This document shows, one piece after another, positions 1 to 11,768 of a stretch of 25,469 bases of DNA. Source of the DNA: Chiloscyllium plagiosum (lineage: Eukaryota); assembly GCF_004010195.1 (NCBI RefSeq), contig NC_057718.1, positions 30,104,102 to 30,129,570 on the forward strand, in the 5' to 3' direction. A model generated the notes under the pieces. The model was not told the DNA's origin and searched no databases. It worked only from the letters and a program-made list of their open reading frames with translations. A program made the position numbers and the translations under genes. Position 1 is the stretch's first letter; every line of letters begins with the position of its first letter.

Positions 1-409
1 GTTAGATTCTGTAAATCCATTTTTTAGATTAGAATCAGTCTGAACATTGAGGCACAGACAGCCTCACATAGGGCACCTCGCAACTACAGTGCATTATCTG
101 GGCCAACATGGCACCTATTGTTAAAGTTCACTTGTGAATGTAACTTTAAGGAAGTTCTGAGATTTACATATGAAAGAACTGAAACCAACATAGCCATTCT
201 AAAAGCTGAGAGACTTGACAAACAATCCAGGTCTTTTTCAGTATATAATTTCAGTTACATCACACTGTAAACTTTTGCTATAAATTCCGTGTTCTATAAT
301 CTTATACTCCTCAACCACCAAATGAAGGAGCAGCACTCCGAAAGCTGGTGCTTCCAAATTAACCTGTTGGACTCAACCTGGTGTTGTGTGACTTTTAACT
401 TTGTACAAT
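1..409 (+). mobile_element. 3' end of a Penelope-like element, family A terminus, with a decayed hammerhead core
   Basis: 316-409 reads caccaaatgaaggagcagcactccgaaagctggtgcttccaaattaacctgttggac...cctggtgttgtgtgacttttaactttgt. It is near-identical to the terminus at 15455-15541. CTGATGA has decayed to CAAATGA. Truncated by the window start. Confidence 0.65.
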
Positions 410-424
410 CTATATAACTTTGTA

Positions 425-858
425 CAATTGATGGAAGGACTGACAGCACAGTTGCTAGGTTTATTAGATTGCAGGTTTAGCAAGTAAATAAAACTAATAT
501 AATGTTATTATTTATTGCAAAGGAAATTGGATACCACAAGTACGGAATTATGTTTCAGTAATAAAGGGTATTGATGAGACCACTTCTGGAATATTGTGTA
601 TTAGTCGTCTTATTTAAGAAAGGATGTAAATATGTTGGAAGCAATCCAAAGAGCGTTGACCGAACTAAGATTAGGATTTGGTTGATTGTCTAATGGGAAA
701 AAGTTGGACAGGCAATGCTTATATATGTTGGAGTTTAGAAGAATAAGACATGATTTAATTGAAACAAATAAGACCTTAAGGGACTTCAGCAAGGTGGATG
801 TGGCAAAGGAGGTTTCCAGTTGTGGAAGAATATAGAACAAGGATCATTGTTTAAAAAC
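425..858 (+). mobile_element. Degenerate CR1 LINE ORF2 C-terminal fragment, left part, interrupted by a younger CR1
   Basis: Decayed CR1 RT C-terminal motifs: LMRPLLEYCV, YLRKDVNMLEAIQRALT, and DLIETNK (similar to GDLIETYK). Confidence 0.75.
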
Positions 859-1856
859 AAGACTATAAGACATCAGAGCAGAAAATAGGCCATTCAGCTC
901 ATCGAGTCTGCTCCACCATTCAGTTTCTCAACCCCATTCTCCTGCTGTTTCCCTGAAACCCTTGATCTCCTTGACAAAAAGGAACCTATCTATCTCTGTC
1001 TTAAATATATTCAATGACCTGCCTCCACAGCCTTCTGTGGCAGTGAATTCCACAGATTCACCACTCTCTAGCTGAAGAGGTTTCTCCTTATCTCCATTCT
1101 AAAAGGTCTTCCCTTTACTTGGGTTGTAGTCTCAGGACCTTGTTTCTCTGAACCAATGGAGACATCTTCCCAACATCCATTCTGTCTAGGCCATTTGATA
1201 TCCGTTAAGTTTCTATTAGATCCTCCCCTCATCCTTAAACCCAGAGTCCTCAAACATTCTTCATATGTTAAGCATTTCATTCCTGGGACCATTCTCGTGA
1301 ACCTTCTCTGAACACCCTCCAGGGCCAGATATAGCGGACCTAAAACTGCTCACAATACTGCAAATGTCATCTGACCAGAGCCTTATAGAGCCTCAAAAGT
1401 ACTTCCCTACTTTTATATTCAAACTTGTTCAAAATAAATGCCATTGTTGCATTTGCCTTCCTAACTACTGACTCAACCTGCATGTTTACACTGAGAGAAT
1501 CCTGGAGTAGAACTCCCAAGTCTTATTGCACTTCAGACTTCTGAATTTTCTCCCTTTAGAAAATAGTCCATGCCTCTATTCTTCCTACCAAAGTGCATGA
1601 CCTCTCACTCTCCCACATCGTACTCCATCTGTCATTTCTTTGCTCACTCTCTTAACCTGCCTAAATACTTCTGCAGCCTCCCCGCCTCCTCAATGCTACC
1701 TTTCTCTCTCCCTATCTTTATATTGTCTGCAAACCTAGCCAGAATGCCTCCAGTTCCTTCATCTAGATTGTTAATGTATAAAGTGAAAAGTTGTGGTCCC
1801 AACACTGAACCTTGCAGAACACCACTTGTCACCGGCTGGCATCCTGAGAAAGATCC
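859..1856 (-). mobile_element. CR1 LINE 3' fragment (ORF2 RT C-terminus plus 3' UTR)
   Basis: ORF 1644-1832 gives SGVLQGSVLGPQLFTLYINNL...ARFADN (RT motifs). ORF 1068-1292 gives RPFRMEIRRNLFS. The CR1-type 3' tail lies at about 859-900. Confidence 0.9.
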
Positions 1857-2110
1857 TTTAAATGAAGGATTAACCTTTAAGACAGATAAGATTTTTTAAA
1901 ATTCTCACATAAAATTTGAGAATCTTAGTGATGGTTAAAGCAGAGTTTTAAAAAAATATTTTTAAGGCATTGGTAAATAGATTCTTGCTAAACATGAGAA
2001 TGTAAAGTTATTGGGGTAGGCTGAAATTTCAGGTAATTTGATCAGCCATTATCTCACTGAATAGCAAAATAGAATTGAGTGGACTATATTTTGCTCCCAA
2101 TTCATATTTG
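1857..2110 (+). mobile_element. Continuation of the interrupted + strand CR1 fragment
   Basis: Resumes with GLTFKTDK, the equivalent of G.PFKTEMRRNFF, followed by decayed CR1 3' sequence. Confidence 0.6.
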
Positions 2111-2179
2111 TATGTAAAGCATAGCAGGAGGCCATTCATCCCACTATGTTCATGGCAGTTGATAAACATAAAATCTGTA

Positions 2180-2292
2180 ATAAAACGAAGAACTGCAGAT
2201 GCTGGAGATCTGAAATATAAGTAGAAATTGCTGGTGAAACTCAGCAGGTCTGGCAACATCTGTGGGGATAAAGCAGAGTTAATGTTTCAAGC
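2180..2292 (-). mobile_element. Penelope-terminus-related short repeat (family B relative), truncated
   Basis: ctgcagatgctggagatc...cagcaggtctggcaacatc is similar to 22298-22366, 24703-24768 and 18151-18245. Confidence 0.6.
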
Positions 2293-2544
2293 CTGGTGAC
2301 TGTCTGTTCTTTGTTTGAGGCCTTGTTGATTATGATACTTCCAAGAGCACACCCAAGTGTTTCTTAATTTGCCATATTACTTATTATTTTTCTTATCTGT
2401 TTTCATGTACAGTTAATGTAATAGCTGTTTTTCCTTTCTCAAGCCTGATCTTGAATTGCTACTAAAGCTGCAGCAGAATCATTCTTTTGTAAATCAATAT
2501 ATATTTCCTATCAAGAAAACAATATCATATATTATAAAATCCTT

Positions 2545-3640
2545 AAATCATAGCGCCTATAAAGGAGCTAAATAATCCAAAGTGCTTTGCAAGAGCACGA
2601 TCAAACCTAATTTCACACAAATCTATAGAAAGAGGTATCAGAACAAATGGCTAAAAGTGGTTTTAATGCGCTTTTCAAAGGATAAGAGACTTACAGAAGA
2701 AAATCAAGAACTTAGCACCAAGGCAGCTGAAAGCACAACTGTCAATAGTGGAATCATTAAAATCAATGATGAGCAAAATACTATATTGGAGAACTAAAAA
2801 AAGTCAATTTTGTATAGCTGGAGGAAGTTGCAGAGAAAAAGGTGAGGCTGTGGAAGGATTTGAAATTAAGCATGTGAATCTTACAGGATTGGGAGCCAAT
2901 GTTGGTCAGCCAGCATGAGAATGTTATGTAAATGGGATCTGGTGCAAGTTAAGATAAGAGAGATTTGGATGAGTACAACTTTATGTAGGGTGGTAGCTGG
3001 GAAATCAACTGGGAGAACATTGGAAAAGCTAATGTGAGAGGTAATAAAGATATAAATGAAAGCAGCTGAACTGGGGCGAGGTTGGGGTTGGACACTGGTA
3101 GAACTGGATGTGTAAACAGAATCTCATCTCAGCAACAAATACAACACTAAAATTCAAACCTGTCCGACTCAGCATCAGATGGCTGTTAGGGGGAAGGTTC
3201 GAGGTCAGATGACACCAGGTTATAATCCAACGGGTTTATTTGAAATCACAAGTGACTTCATCTGACGAAGTGACAGTGCTTTGAAAACTTGTGATTTCAA
3301 ATAAACCTATTGGATTTCCTTTCTTCCTGGTGCTGGAATATAAGTAAAGATTTATGCACTTGTTGTTGCTCACTGTGTCCTACACCTGCATACACACTAC
3401 ATTGGTGCTGGGAAAATAAGCTCTCCCGCTGTTTGGCAACAGATTAAAAAAAGAGAGGAAACAAAATATATAACCAGGACATTAGAATCTCCTCTGTTTA
3501 AAAAAAGAGAAAAAACATCTGATGGACTATAAGCTAGTGTTGCCTGACTTCTGACTTTGTCTACCCCAGTCCAATGCCGGCACCTGCACATCAGGGAGAA
3601 GGTTGGAATTACTGGTTAAGGAGCAGTGAACCAAGAACCA
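2545..3640 (-). mobile_element. Degenerate L2-clade LINE 3' fragment, interrupted at 3200-3592
   Basis: Minus strand reads QHWLP (about 2890; L2 LHWLP motif) and FITSHISFSN (about 3020-3050; similar to FVTSRLDYSN). The 3' end resembles 11065-11200. Confidence 0.55.
3200..3592 (+). mobile_element. Fold-back Penelope family A element with decayed hammerhead core, itself interrupted at 3315-3522
   Basis: Inverted arms tccaacgggtttatttgaaatcacaag and cttgtgatttcaaataaacctattgga surround CTGACGA (3262-3268) and GAAA (3283-3286). The terminus resumes at 3523. Flanking direct repeat agggggaaggtt (3188-3199) / agggagaaggtt (3593-3604). Confidence 0.75.
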
Positions 3641-4329
3641 ATGGGCTGAATTTTTTGTTGCAAAAATGGATTTAGTTCAACACAATCTTAATGTCAGCAT
3701 AATAATGTTGAGTTGTAAGACCCGAGCTTATCACACCAGTCTGCAATACTCTGAAGTTAATGATTGAGGACTATTGAATGTCAAATTAGTTTAACTGATT
3801 GCAATAATACCTTCCCAACTCAATGCAAACGTGGATGTATGTGAAAAATGCTTAGTAGAAAGTTTGATGTTTATTCAAAATTTCATGAAAGGGGAGATGT
3901 AAAGACTGGAAGTAGAATTATGCCCAGTTTAACAGGAGAAGTTGCTGGTGGTTGTTTCTCCATAAAATTTTTGTTGATCATCAATTTTTAATAATAACCT
4001 ATTTCTCAGGACTATTCCACAGTGGAGTATCCAAAAATGATGATCCAGTTACCTTTCTTTACTGCACCATTTATGCAGAGAAATGGTGTGTCCTTTGGGA
4101 TTGCTTCCTCTACTGAGGAGGTCAGCTGTATGTGGACTGGAGCGACAGTAAGGTGGGACAGCTGCTGAGGAGAGAGGCTGCTAAGGGGAGGTAGAAACAG
4201 GCACTCAAATGTAGACGAAAACTGTCCCCCACCAATCATGTACATGGGGTGTGAATGCCATATCTAAAGATGGTGGGTGGCAGTGTCTCTGGGAATTTAT
4301 CTTTCATGATAAACTGCCATATCCTATGT

Positions 4330-4990
4330 GATGTACTTGTCCTAAGATAGCCTTCAATTGATTAGGTGGCCATATGATTCCTGTAGCATTAAAAAAGACA
4401 GTTGCACTGAACATTTTCACCGAGGCAACCTGGCACCACTAAGCCTGCAGTACATCACGTGCAGGTTTTCACTGATGTCAGGTTTAGGTGTGCCCATCAA
4501 TTTATTTCCTTCACTGATACAATAGTAATCAGCTGGAAAAAGCCTGAGATGTTGCAGTCATGGCTGTTTTCCCAAGAATACAAGGGATAATTGATTGTAC
4601 CCATGTTGCCTAAGACACCAATATGCAATCAATGGGCTGTATAAATTACAAGGGCACTATTCCATCAATAAATCATGCAGTGTGTGCAATATACCCCAGA
4701 ATCAGCAGTTATTGATATTTTGACAAACAGTCCAAAGTCCTAGGATTGTTAACAAGCCTGGATATTTGCTTTGAGATAAAGGTTATCTTCTGAATTAGTG
4801 CTGCTCGAAGTGCTAGAGTGGGACATGAGCACGATTATAATAAAAACCACATTATGATCAAGCACATTATTGAACAGGTCACTGGACTACTCCAGATGAG
4901 AATCAGAGACCTGGACAGATCAGTTAGATCTCTTCATGATGCATGTCAGCATATTCCTCGTGGTTTTATCTTGCTGTGCACTAGAGGCAA
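4330..4990 (+). mobile_element. PIF/Harbinger (HARBI1-like) DDE transposase relic
   Basis: Frameshifted or stopped motifs in the expected order: IPVALKKTVALNIF, FPRIQGIIDCTHVA, INYKG..SIN, DKGY, YNKNH...IIEQVTGLLQMRIRDLD. Confidence 0.8.
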
Positions 4991-5619
4991 AAAAAAAACC
5001 TTTTAGAGGAGGAATTAAGGAAGAGGAGACTAAGCTACAGCAGGAGACTAAGCTACAGCAAGCTGATGTCCAACCTGGTCCTATGGAGGGTCTTTATTTC
5101 ATACGACATAGGAAACTCTTATCCGACAATTCTGATGAATGAGTCTCTCCAACTAATGTCACCTTTATCAGCAGTGGCTCCTTCTCTGCACCATCATAAC
5201 ATGAAGAGCAATGTTACTCAGCCAATCAGTTCCAATTATTAAGATGCTTATAATCAATAGAATTGGCAATTAAATCTTTATCCATACATTTTCATGCACA
5301 AAAATGTTATGAATACAATTGGGTAATTGTAAAATACAGCATTCATTTATGTGCACAGAAAGTCATTAAAGTGCAAATCTCACAAATGAGAATGACACAC
5401 TTTTACACCTAAGTCTGACTAATATGTGTGCTTTTTAAATATTGTTTTCTAGGAATTTTGGCATGATGCTGTACTCTACAATTGTGATAGAGACAGGCAG
5501 CTGACCCTTGTGCCCACTTGTCAGTTATTACTTTGGTAACTATCCTCTGGTCGCCTAAGCCATGAGGGCTTGAATGTGATGGGACACCCACCTGTTGATG
5601 CAGTGTTCAATATGCCAAT

Positions 5620-6217
5620 TGTGACAATACTCTGGCTTTAAGAGTTGCATTTTGTCCTGGTTTCTTTTCGAGAAGATAAACAACTTGCGAGGCCTCGGCA
5701 TTTTTCTTTTAAAGTTGGAACAATAGAAGCAGCCTGAGTGGATGTGTTCAGGTTCTCAGAGATCCAGGATTTTTAGTTAGCTTTTGCTGGGGTCTCAGCA
5801 GGTTAGGAAGGCAGTGAATCTCTCCTGGCTGATACACACTTTTGAGTTTTCTGTCAGAATTGTCTTCTGATGTTCTTTATTCCTGGATTGGAGACCTACA
5901 CATCAGACAATCTGTTTTCTGAATTTGCCTTTTTTGCCAAGGGCGTGTTATGGAATGTTGCTGTATTAGAACAGTTAGTGGCTTGTGGTAAAATAATCTA
6001 TTATTCTGTTAGGTTTTCCAAGAGTTAAGTTATTCCAAGTTCCCCTTTCCTTTATTCTATTTTCACTATAGTGTTTGAATAAAGTGTGTTTTGCTTGATG
6101 TCGTGTGATTTGACCAAGCTAATTGCATCTGGAATACAGTACCTCACATTTACCTGTAAAATAAAAAAAGTTAGGCTACTTTTTTAATTTTGAAGGAGTC
6201 TGTTCTGGTCCATAACG
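5620..6217 (+). mobile_element. Solo LTR (Gypsy-like), about 598 bp
   Basis: Starts TGTGAC and ends ATAACG (expected CA, here CG). Flanked by the 4-bp direct repeat CAAT at 5616-5619 and 6218-6221. AATAAA at 6078-6083. Confidence 0.65.
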
Positions 6218-6659
6218 CAATGGTAGAGGGGCAAATGATTGGCTATCCTTATCAGATGCGCCCCTGAGAAGTGTCCCCTAATGGTGTCAGCTGCTCCTCA
6301 CCTGCTGCCAATAGGTCCATTTGACCTCACTGTTCTCCAGTTAGGGATCCAGAGTTGGATATGGCCCCAGGCTCCTCATCTCACCTTTGCCTGATCTCTG
6401 AGCCACAGAGCTTAGAAACAAGGCATGTAGATTAGAATGTTCAGTGATCTGTTGAATTTAGCCACACTGAACAGTTACCAGTCTGTTCAAGGATGAAATC
6501 ATGCATTCTTCAGTGTGGTTAGTTGCGCGTTCATGACCTCGATGACTCTACTAATGTTTGTGCCAAAATCTCATATCTCTGCCACACATTTCCACATGCT
6601 TCACTTTGTGTATCTAGCATCTGCAGCCAAATGGCGTCTCCTGAATTTTATCATCTGAA

Positions 6660-6771
6660 TAAGGCTAAGCATATGGGCCAACATAGGCAAATGGGACTAG
6701 TTTAGTTTGGAAAATCTGGTCAACGTGAATGAATTAGACCAAGGATCTGTTTCTGTGCTGTATGATTCTAT
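6660..6771 (+). mobile_element. CR1 3' UTR fragment
   Basis: atatgggcca...ggcaaatgggactag...ctgtatgattctat is similar to 8351-8462. Confidence 0.75.
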
Positions 6772-6820
6772 CTAGGTCAGCTCCAGCACTCCCCTGACTG
6801 CCAGAGCCTATTCTGTCTTG

Positions 6821-7185
6821 GCCTCCATGGTAACAGTAGTTAGCACTCCTGCCTCACAGTGCAACGGCCACGGGTTTGAGTCCAGTCTTGGATGATAGTC
6901 CATGTGGAGTTTGCACATTCTCCCCATGACTGCGTAGGTTTCCTTTAGGTGCTCTGGTTTCCTCCCACAGTCCAAAGATGTGCAAGTTAGGTGAATTGGC
7001 TTTACTAAACATTGTCCAGTAGTGTCCAGAGGTATGCAGGTTAGGTGGGTTAGCCATGGTAAAAACTGTATGCTGGGTAACGGGAGTGGAGTGCATGGTT
7101 GGGAATGGGTGGGATGCTCTTTGGAAGGTCAGTGCAGACTTGATGAACTGAATAGCTTTTTTTCTGCATTGTAATGATTCTATGA
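6821..7185 (+). mobile_element. tRNA-derived V-SINE (HE1-like), diverged copy
   Basis: Decayed A/B-box head, then the V-domain gtggagtttgcacattctcccc...ctctggtttcctcccacagtccaaagatgtgc, then a CR1-like tail ending atgattctatg. Confidence 0.85.
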
Positions 7186-7403
7186 ATTGCACATGCAACT
7201 ATGATAAACTTGCACCAGTTTGTTTTCCTTTGCTGCCAAGACACTTATACTTGTTAAAGGTATGTGTACTTGGGCTGGTGCGGGGTGTCGAGCAAGGGTA
7301 TGATTATACCCTTCTGAGGCATTCCTCGTCCCTTAGAGATTAATATAGAACACTCAGAACTAGCACCAATAGCTGCCAATGCTGCACCTGAGTAGGGAAC
7401 TAA

Positions 7404-7501
7404 AGAAAGTAGTGTAAGGGCTTTTGCCCGAAACGTCGATTTCGAAGCTCCTTGGATGCTGCCTGAACTGCTGTGCTCTTCCAGCACCACTAATCCAGAA
7501 T
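7404..7501 (+). mobile_element. Truncated Penelope family B terminus carrying the 3' half of the hammerhead
   Basis: aagggcttttgcccgaaacgtcgat...ggatgctgcctgaactgctg. Stem II, GAAA and GUC are present, CUGANGA is missing. Confidence 0.75.
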
Positions 7502-7977
7502 TATAATTATTGTCAACCTTCAAGATGAGTTGCTGAGTCAAGCTTCCTCATTGAAAGCACTGGAACGATTGTAGGATGTGACTGTGTTTCATCCATTTAC
7601 TGTTTAACATAAGATCACAGGTTCTTTCCAGAGTGTGAAAGTGACAGCTTGCCAAACATCATGCACTCTCCCCTCACCAACCTTAAGACCTGTTTATTGA
7701 AATTATAAAATTGCTCCCTTGCAGATTCATCAGCCTGGGAAATTTCTGCTCACTCAAACTCACTTTGTCCAAATTTCTTACCTAACACACCAATACTTAA
7801 ATTTACCCACCCACCTCCAACAGCGAAATATCTGCAATTTGGTGTTCCCTATGTGCATGTCATTTTATTGAATGAGTAGAATATAAGAAGAATCAGCAAA
7901 AGATATAGGAAAATTAGTTGAAAAAGCACCACTCCAAAGAATGTACAGGTGTGACAGATCCTATGAATGAGGCAATG

Positions 7978-8462
7978 TAAAATTTACAAGAATGTTGCCA
8001 GGATTGGAGGGTTTGAGCTACTGTATACGGAGAGGCTGACTAGGCTGGGGTTATTTTCTCTGGAGCATTGGAGGCTGAGGGGTGACCTTATAGAGATTTA
8101 TAAAATTATGAAGGCCATGGATAGGGTAAATAGACAAGGTCTTTTCCCTGGGGAGGGGGGAGTCCAGAACTAGAGGGCATAGATTTATGGTAAGAGGGAA
8201 AAAATTTTCAAAGCACTTAAGGGGCAGCTTTTTCACACAGAGAGTGGTGTGTGTGTGGAGTGAGCTGCCAGAGGAACTGGTGGAGGCTGGTACAATTACA
8301 ACACTTAAAAGGCACCTGGATGGCTTTATGAATAGAAAGGGTTTAGAGGGATATGGGTCAAGTGCTGGCAAATGGGACTAGATTAGGTTTGGATATTTGG
8401 GTCGGCATGGATGAGTTGGACCAAAGGGTCTGTGTCTATGCTGTACATCTTTATGACTCTAT
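7978..8462 (+). mobile_element. CR1 LINE 3' end
   Basis: ERLTRLGLFSLEHWRLRGDLIEIYKIM and FFTQRVVCVWSELPEELVEA, followed by a 3' UTR ending atgactctat. Confidence 0.92.
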
Positions 8463-8519
8463 ATTAGAAGAATGTACTTAACCAAAGAAGCAATAGAGAT
8501 GTTACATTAGGGATACACC

Positions 8520-8960
8520 CAATAACACAGTGAAATCAGCCTAGTGTTGGTGGGGAAATCTTTAGAAACAATAATCTGGGACAAAATTAACTCATTTGAA
8601 AAATCATGGGTTAATCAAATACAGCCAACATGGAACTGTTAAAGGCAAATTGTGTTTGAGTAGTTTTTTTAATTCTTTGAAGTAATGGAAAAGATTGAGG
8701 GTTATGCAGTTGTGTATATGGACTTTCAAAGAGATTTGATAAATTACCACATGATAGCCATTTTTACCAATATTAAAACACATGAGATTAACAGTAGACA
8801 GAAACCAGACAATAGATCTATAATATTGTTTTTCAGGTTCAAGGGAAGACGAGAGGTATTCTTGAATTCTGTGTTAGGACTGATGCTCTGATATGTATTA
8901 ATTACCAGAACTGGAAGATAAAAAGCTTAATTTTAAAGTTGCAATTAATATGAAATTGAT
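8520..8960 (+). mobile_element. Highly degenerate CR1 RT fragment
   Basis: SQHG and VVYMDFQ motifs with many stops and frameshifts. Confidence 0.6.
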
Positions 8961-8982
8961 TAGTAAGTAGTATATTCCAAGG

Positions 8983-10935
8983 AAGAAAGTGAGGACTGCA
9001 CATGCTGGAGATCAGAGTTAAGAGTGTGGTGCTGAAAAAGCACAGCAGGTCAGGCAGCAACCGAGAAGCAGGAGAATCGACGTTTCGGGTAGAAGCACTT
9101 CATCAGGAATGCGGCTTGTGGGCTGGGGGCTGAACGATAAATGGGACGGAGATGAGAGCGGGGTTGGGGGGAAGGTAGCTGAGAATGTGACAGATAGTGA
9201 AGATGGAGGAAAAGGTGATCAGTCGGAGAGGAACATGGAGTGGATAAATGGGAAAGGTGATGAGGGCAATGCCAAGTTGCCGAGTTGGCGGCTTGGGACT
9301 GGGATAATGTGAGGGGAGGAAAGGAAACTGGTGAAATCCACATTGATCCCATGCGGTTGCAGGGTCCCAAAGCAGAAAATGAGGCGTTCTTCCTCCAGGC
9401 ATCAGGTGGTAAGGCTTTGCCGATGGAGGAGGTCCAGGACCTGCATGTCTTTGGCAGAGTGGTAGGGGGGTTGAAGTGGTGGTGAGGTTGGTTGGTACAA
9501 GTGCCCCATAAATGTTCTCTGAAATGATCTGCAAGTTGCGGTCCTGACTCCCCAATGTACAGGAAACCACATCGTATGCAATGGATACAGTAGATGACAT
9601 TGGTGGAGGTACAGGTAAATTTCTGTTGGATGTAGAAGGATCCTTTGGAGTGTGAGGGGAGGGATGGGTGCAAGTTTTGCACTTCCTAGAGTGGCAGGGG
9701 AAGGTGCCAGGAGTAGGTGTGGGCGGGGGGGGGGGGGTGGGGGGGAATCTGACAAGGGAATCGTGGAGGGAATAGTCTCTCCACGCTGATAGGGGTAGGG
9801 AGGGAAAAATATATCTGGTGGTGGTGTCCATTTGTAGGTGGTGGAAATGGCGGAGGATGATGCGATATATATGGAGGTTGGTGGAGTGGAAGGTGAGGAC
9901 CGGGGGGTTGTGACCTTGTTGCATTGAGAGGGATGAGATTCAAGGGCAGAGGTGTGGGAAGTGGAGGAGATGCACTGGAGAGCATTATCAACCACATGAG
10001 AAGGGAAATTTGGAAAAAGGTGGCCATCTGGGATTTTCTGTGGTGGAATCGGTCATCCAGGGAACAGTTGCAGCAGAGGAATTGGGAATACAGGATGGCG
10101 TTTTTACAGGAGGTAGGGTGGGAGAAGGTGTAGCCAAGGTAGTTGTGGGAGTTGGTGACTGTGGTTAGTCAGTCACTGGATATGGAGACGGAGAGGTCCA
10201 GGAAGGGGAGGGAAGTCCAGGTGAATTTGAGGTTGTGGTGAAAGGTGTTAGTGAAGTTGATGAACTGTTCAATCTCCTCGTGGGAGCACGAGGTAGCACC
10301 GATACAGTCATCAATGTAGCAGACGAACAGTTAGCGAGTGGTGCCGGTGGATGATGACTGTTCCACGTACTCAACAAAGAGGCAGGTATAACTGGGTCCC
10401 ATGCAGGTGCCCATGGCTACTCCTTTGGTTTGGAGGCAGTGGGAGGATTGGAAGGAGAAGTTGTTAAGGGTGAGGACCAGTTCAGCCAGGCAGATGAGGG
10501 TGTCAGTGGATGGAATGGCATAAAAGGAAGAAACTGAGGGTTTAGAGGCCTTTGTTGTGGAGGATGGATCTGAACAGGGGCTCTTTGTCCATGGTAAGTT
10601 GAGGCTTTTGAGGGCTGGGGAAATGAAAATCTTGGAGGAGGTGAGGGGTGTCCCAAACGCAGGTGAGGAGTTCCTGGACTAAGGGGGAACAGGATGGTGT
10701 CAAGGTAGGTAAAGATGAGTTCAGTGGGACAGGAACGGGCTGAGACAATGGATCAACTGGGGAAGTCAGGTTTGTGAATCTTCGGTAAGAGGTGGAATCG
10801 GGCAGTGCGACGTTCACGCACAATGAGGTTGGAGTCTGTGGATGGGAGATCCCCAAAGGTGATGAGGTTGTGGATGGTCTGGGAGATGATGGTTTGGTGA
10901 TGGGAAGTGAGATCATGATTGAGGGGGCAGTAGAA
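8983..10935 (-). mobile_element. Penelope-like retroelement (RT plus GIY-YIG endonuclease), 5'-truncated and frameshifted
   Basis: Minus-strand motifs ARFHLLPKIHKP, QTKGVAMGTCMGPSY and YIDDC (RT), then NVIYCIHCIRCGFLYIGES...LADHFREH (GIY-YIG). The 3' terminus is family B, with a hammerhead core at 9075-9110. Possible TSD ttccaagg at 8975-8982 and 10940-10947. Confidence 0.92.
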
Positions 10936-11768
10936 TTTCTTCCAAGGGACTAGAAACAGAATAGTGCCATATAGGTGCCATATCGCAGGCACAATTTCAT
11001 GCTGATGAAAAATGTTTCAGGAAGGTGAATACCTACATGTATTACCTAAGTATTTTTAACAGTATCCTGCATTTATATTGTACCTTTAACATACAAAAAA
11101 ATCCCAATGTGCTCAACAGAAACATAATCAGGCAAAGATTTGTACTATGTAAAAGAACAAGATAGTAAATGGGGGTTATTAAAAGCTTGGTAAAAAGACA
11201 GCATTGTAGAATTAGAGTGCATTTAAGAGTCAAAATCATTGGGAGGTCCAGAGCTAAGCTAACAATGGAAAGATCCCTGCCAGATCATAACCAATTTTGA
11301 TAGCAATTTTATAAATTAGCTTTGTGTGCATGGAAACCAACCAGACTTTCTGTATTCTTTCATTGTTTTCAACAATTCAACTTATTTATATCCTAATAGT
11401 ATAAATTAACTAACAGTAATTTATGTACTTTTACATTTAAAAATAAAGGACTTTTCCCAAGTTTATTAATTTAACTAGTCTCTTTCTATTATCAGGTTTC
11501 TCATGTCCTAAAAATCTACATCACTAAATTTAATTGTCTTTGGTATAGGTCCTTTTCTTGGTTAATTTCATGGATGGCTATCCATACTCATGTGTTTTTA
11601 TAGCATAGAAACAACTATGTCAAGAAAATTGTGAAGTTTGAAATTAAAATTTATGATGTGTCAAGTAAAGACAATAAGATTCTGTATAGATAGCTAACTC
11701 ATCAGTGGTTGAATAGAATTTGGAAAGAATATCTTTGTAATGTGTCTCATTTATATTATTTTTTGCAG

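Noticed and set aside
5024..5059. 18-bp tandem duplication, with similar small duplications at 396-428, about 16958-16999 and about 18630-18664
   Set aside because: Ordinary slippage duplications with no sign of function.
7887..7948. Short open frame ending ...RMYR|gtgtga that could precede the 11769 exon
   Set aside because: No polypyrimidine tract, and an in-frame stop lies just upstream.
9103..10027. Long Pro/Thr-rich ORFs on the minus strand
   Set aside because: These are frameshifted or alternative frames of the decayed Penelope ORF, extended by a poly-C run.
11213..11350. Possible Deu-domain SINE remnant, with weak similar traces near 17970-18105 and 19660-19750
   Set aside because: Too degenerate to call without an alignment.
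11496..11548. Candidate 53-nt upstream exon (atcag|VSHVLKIYITKFNCLWY-R|gtcctt) with the phase 0/2 needed to join 11769
   Set aside because: Weak donor site and unconvincing similarity to the corresponding SLC3 exon. It would need RNA-seq support.
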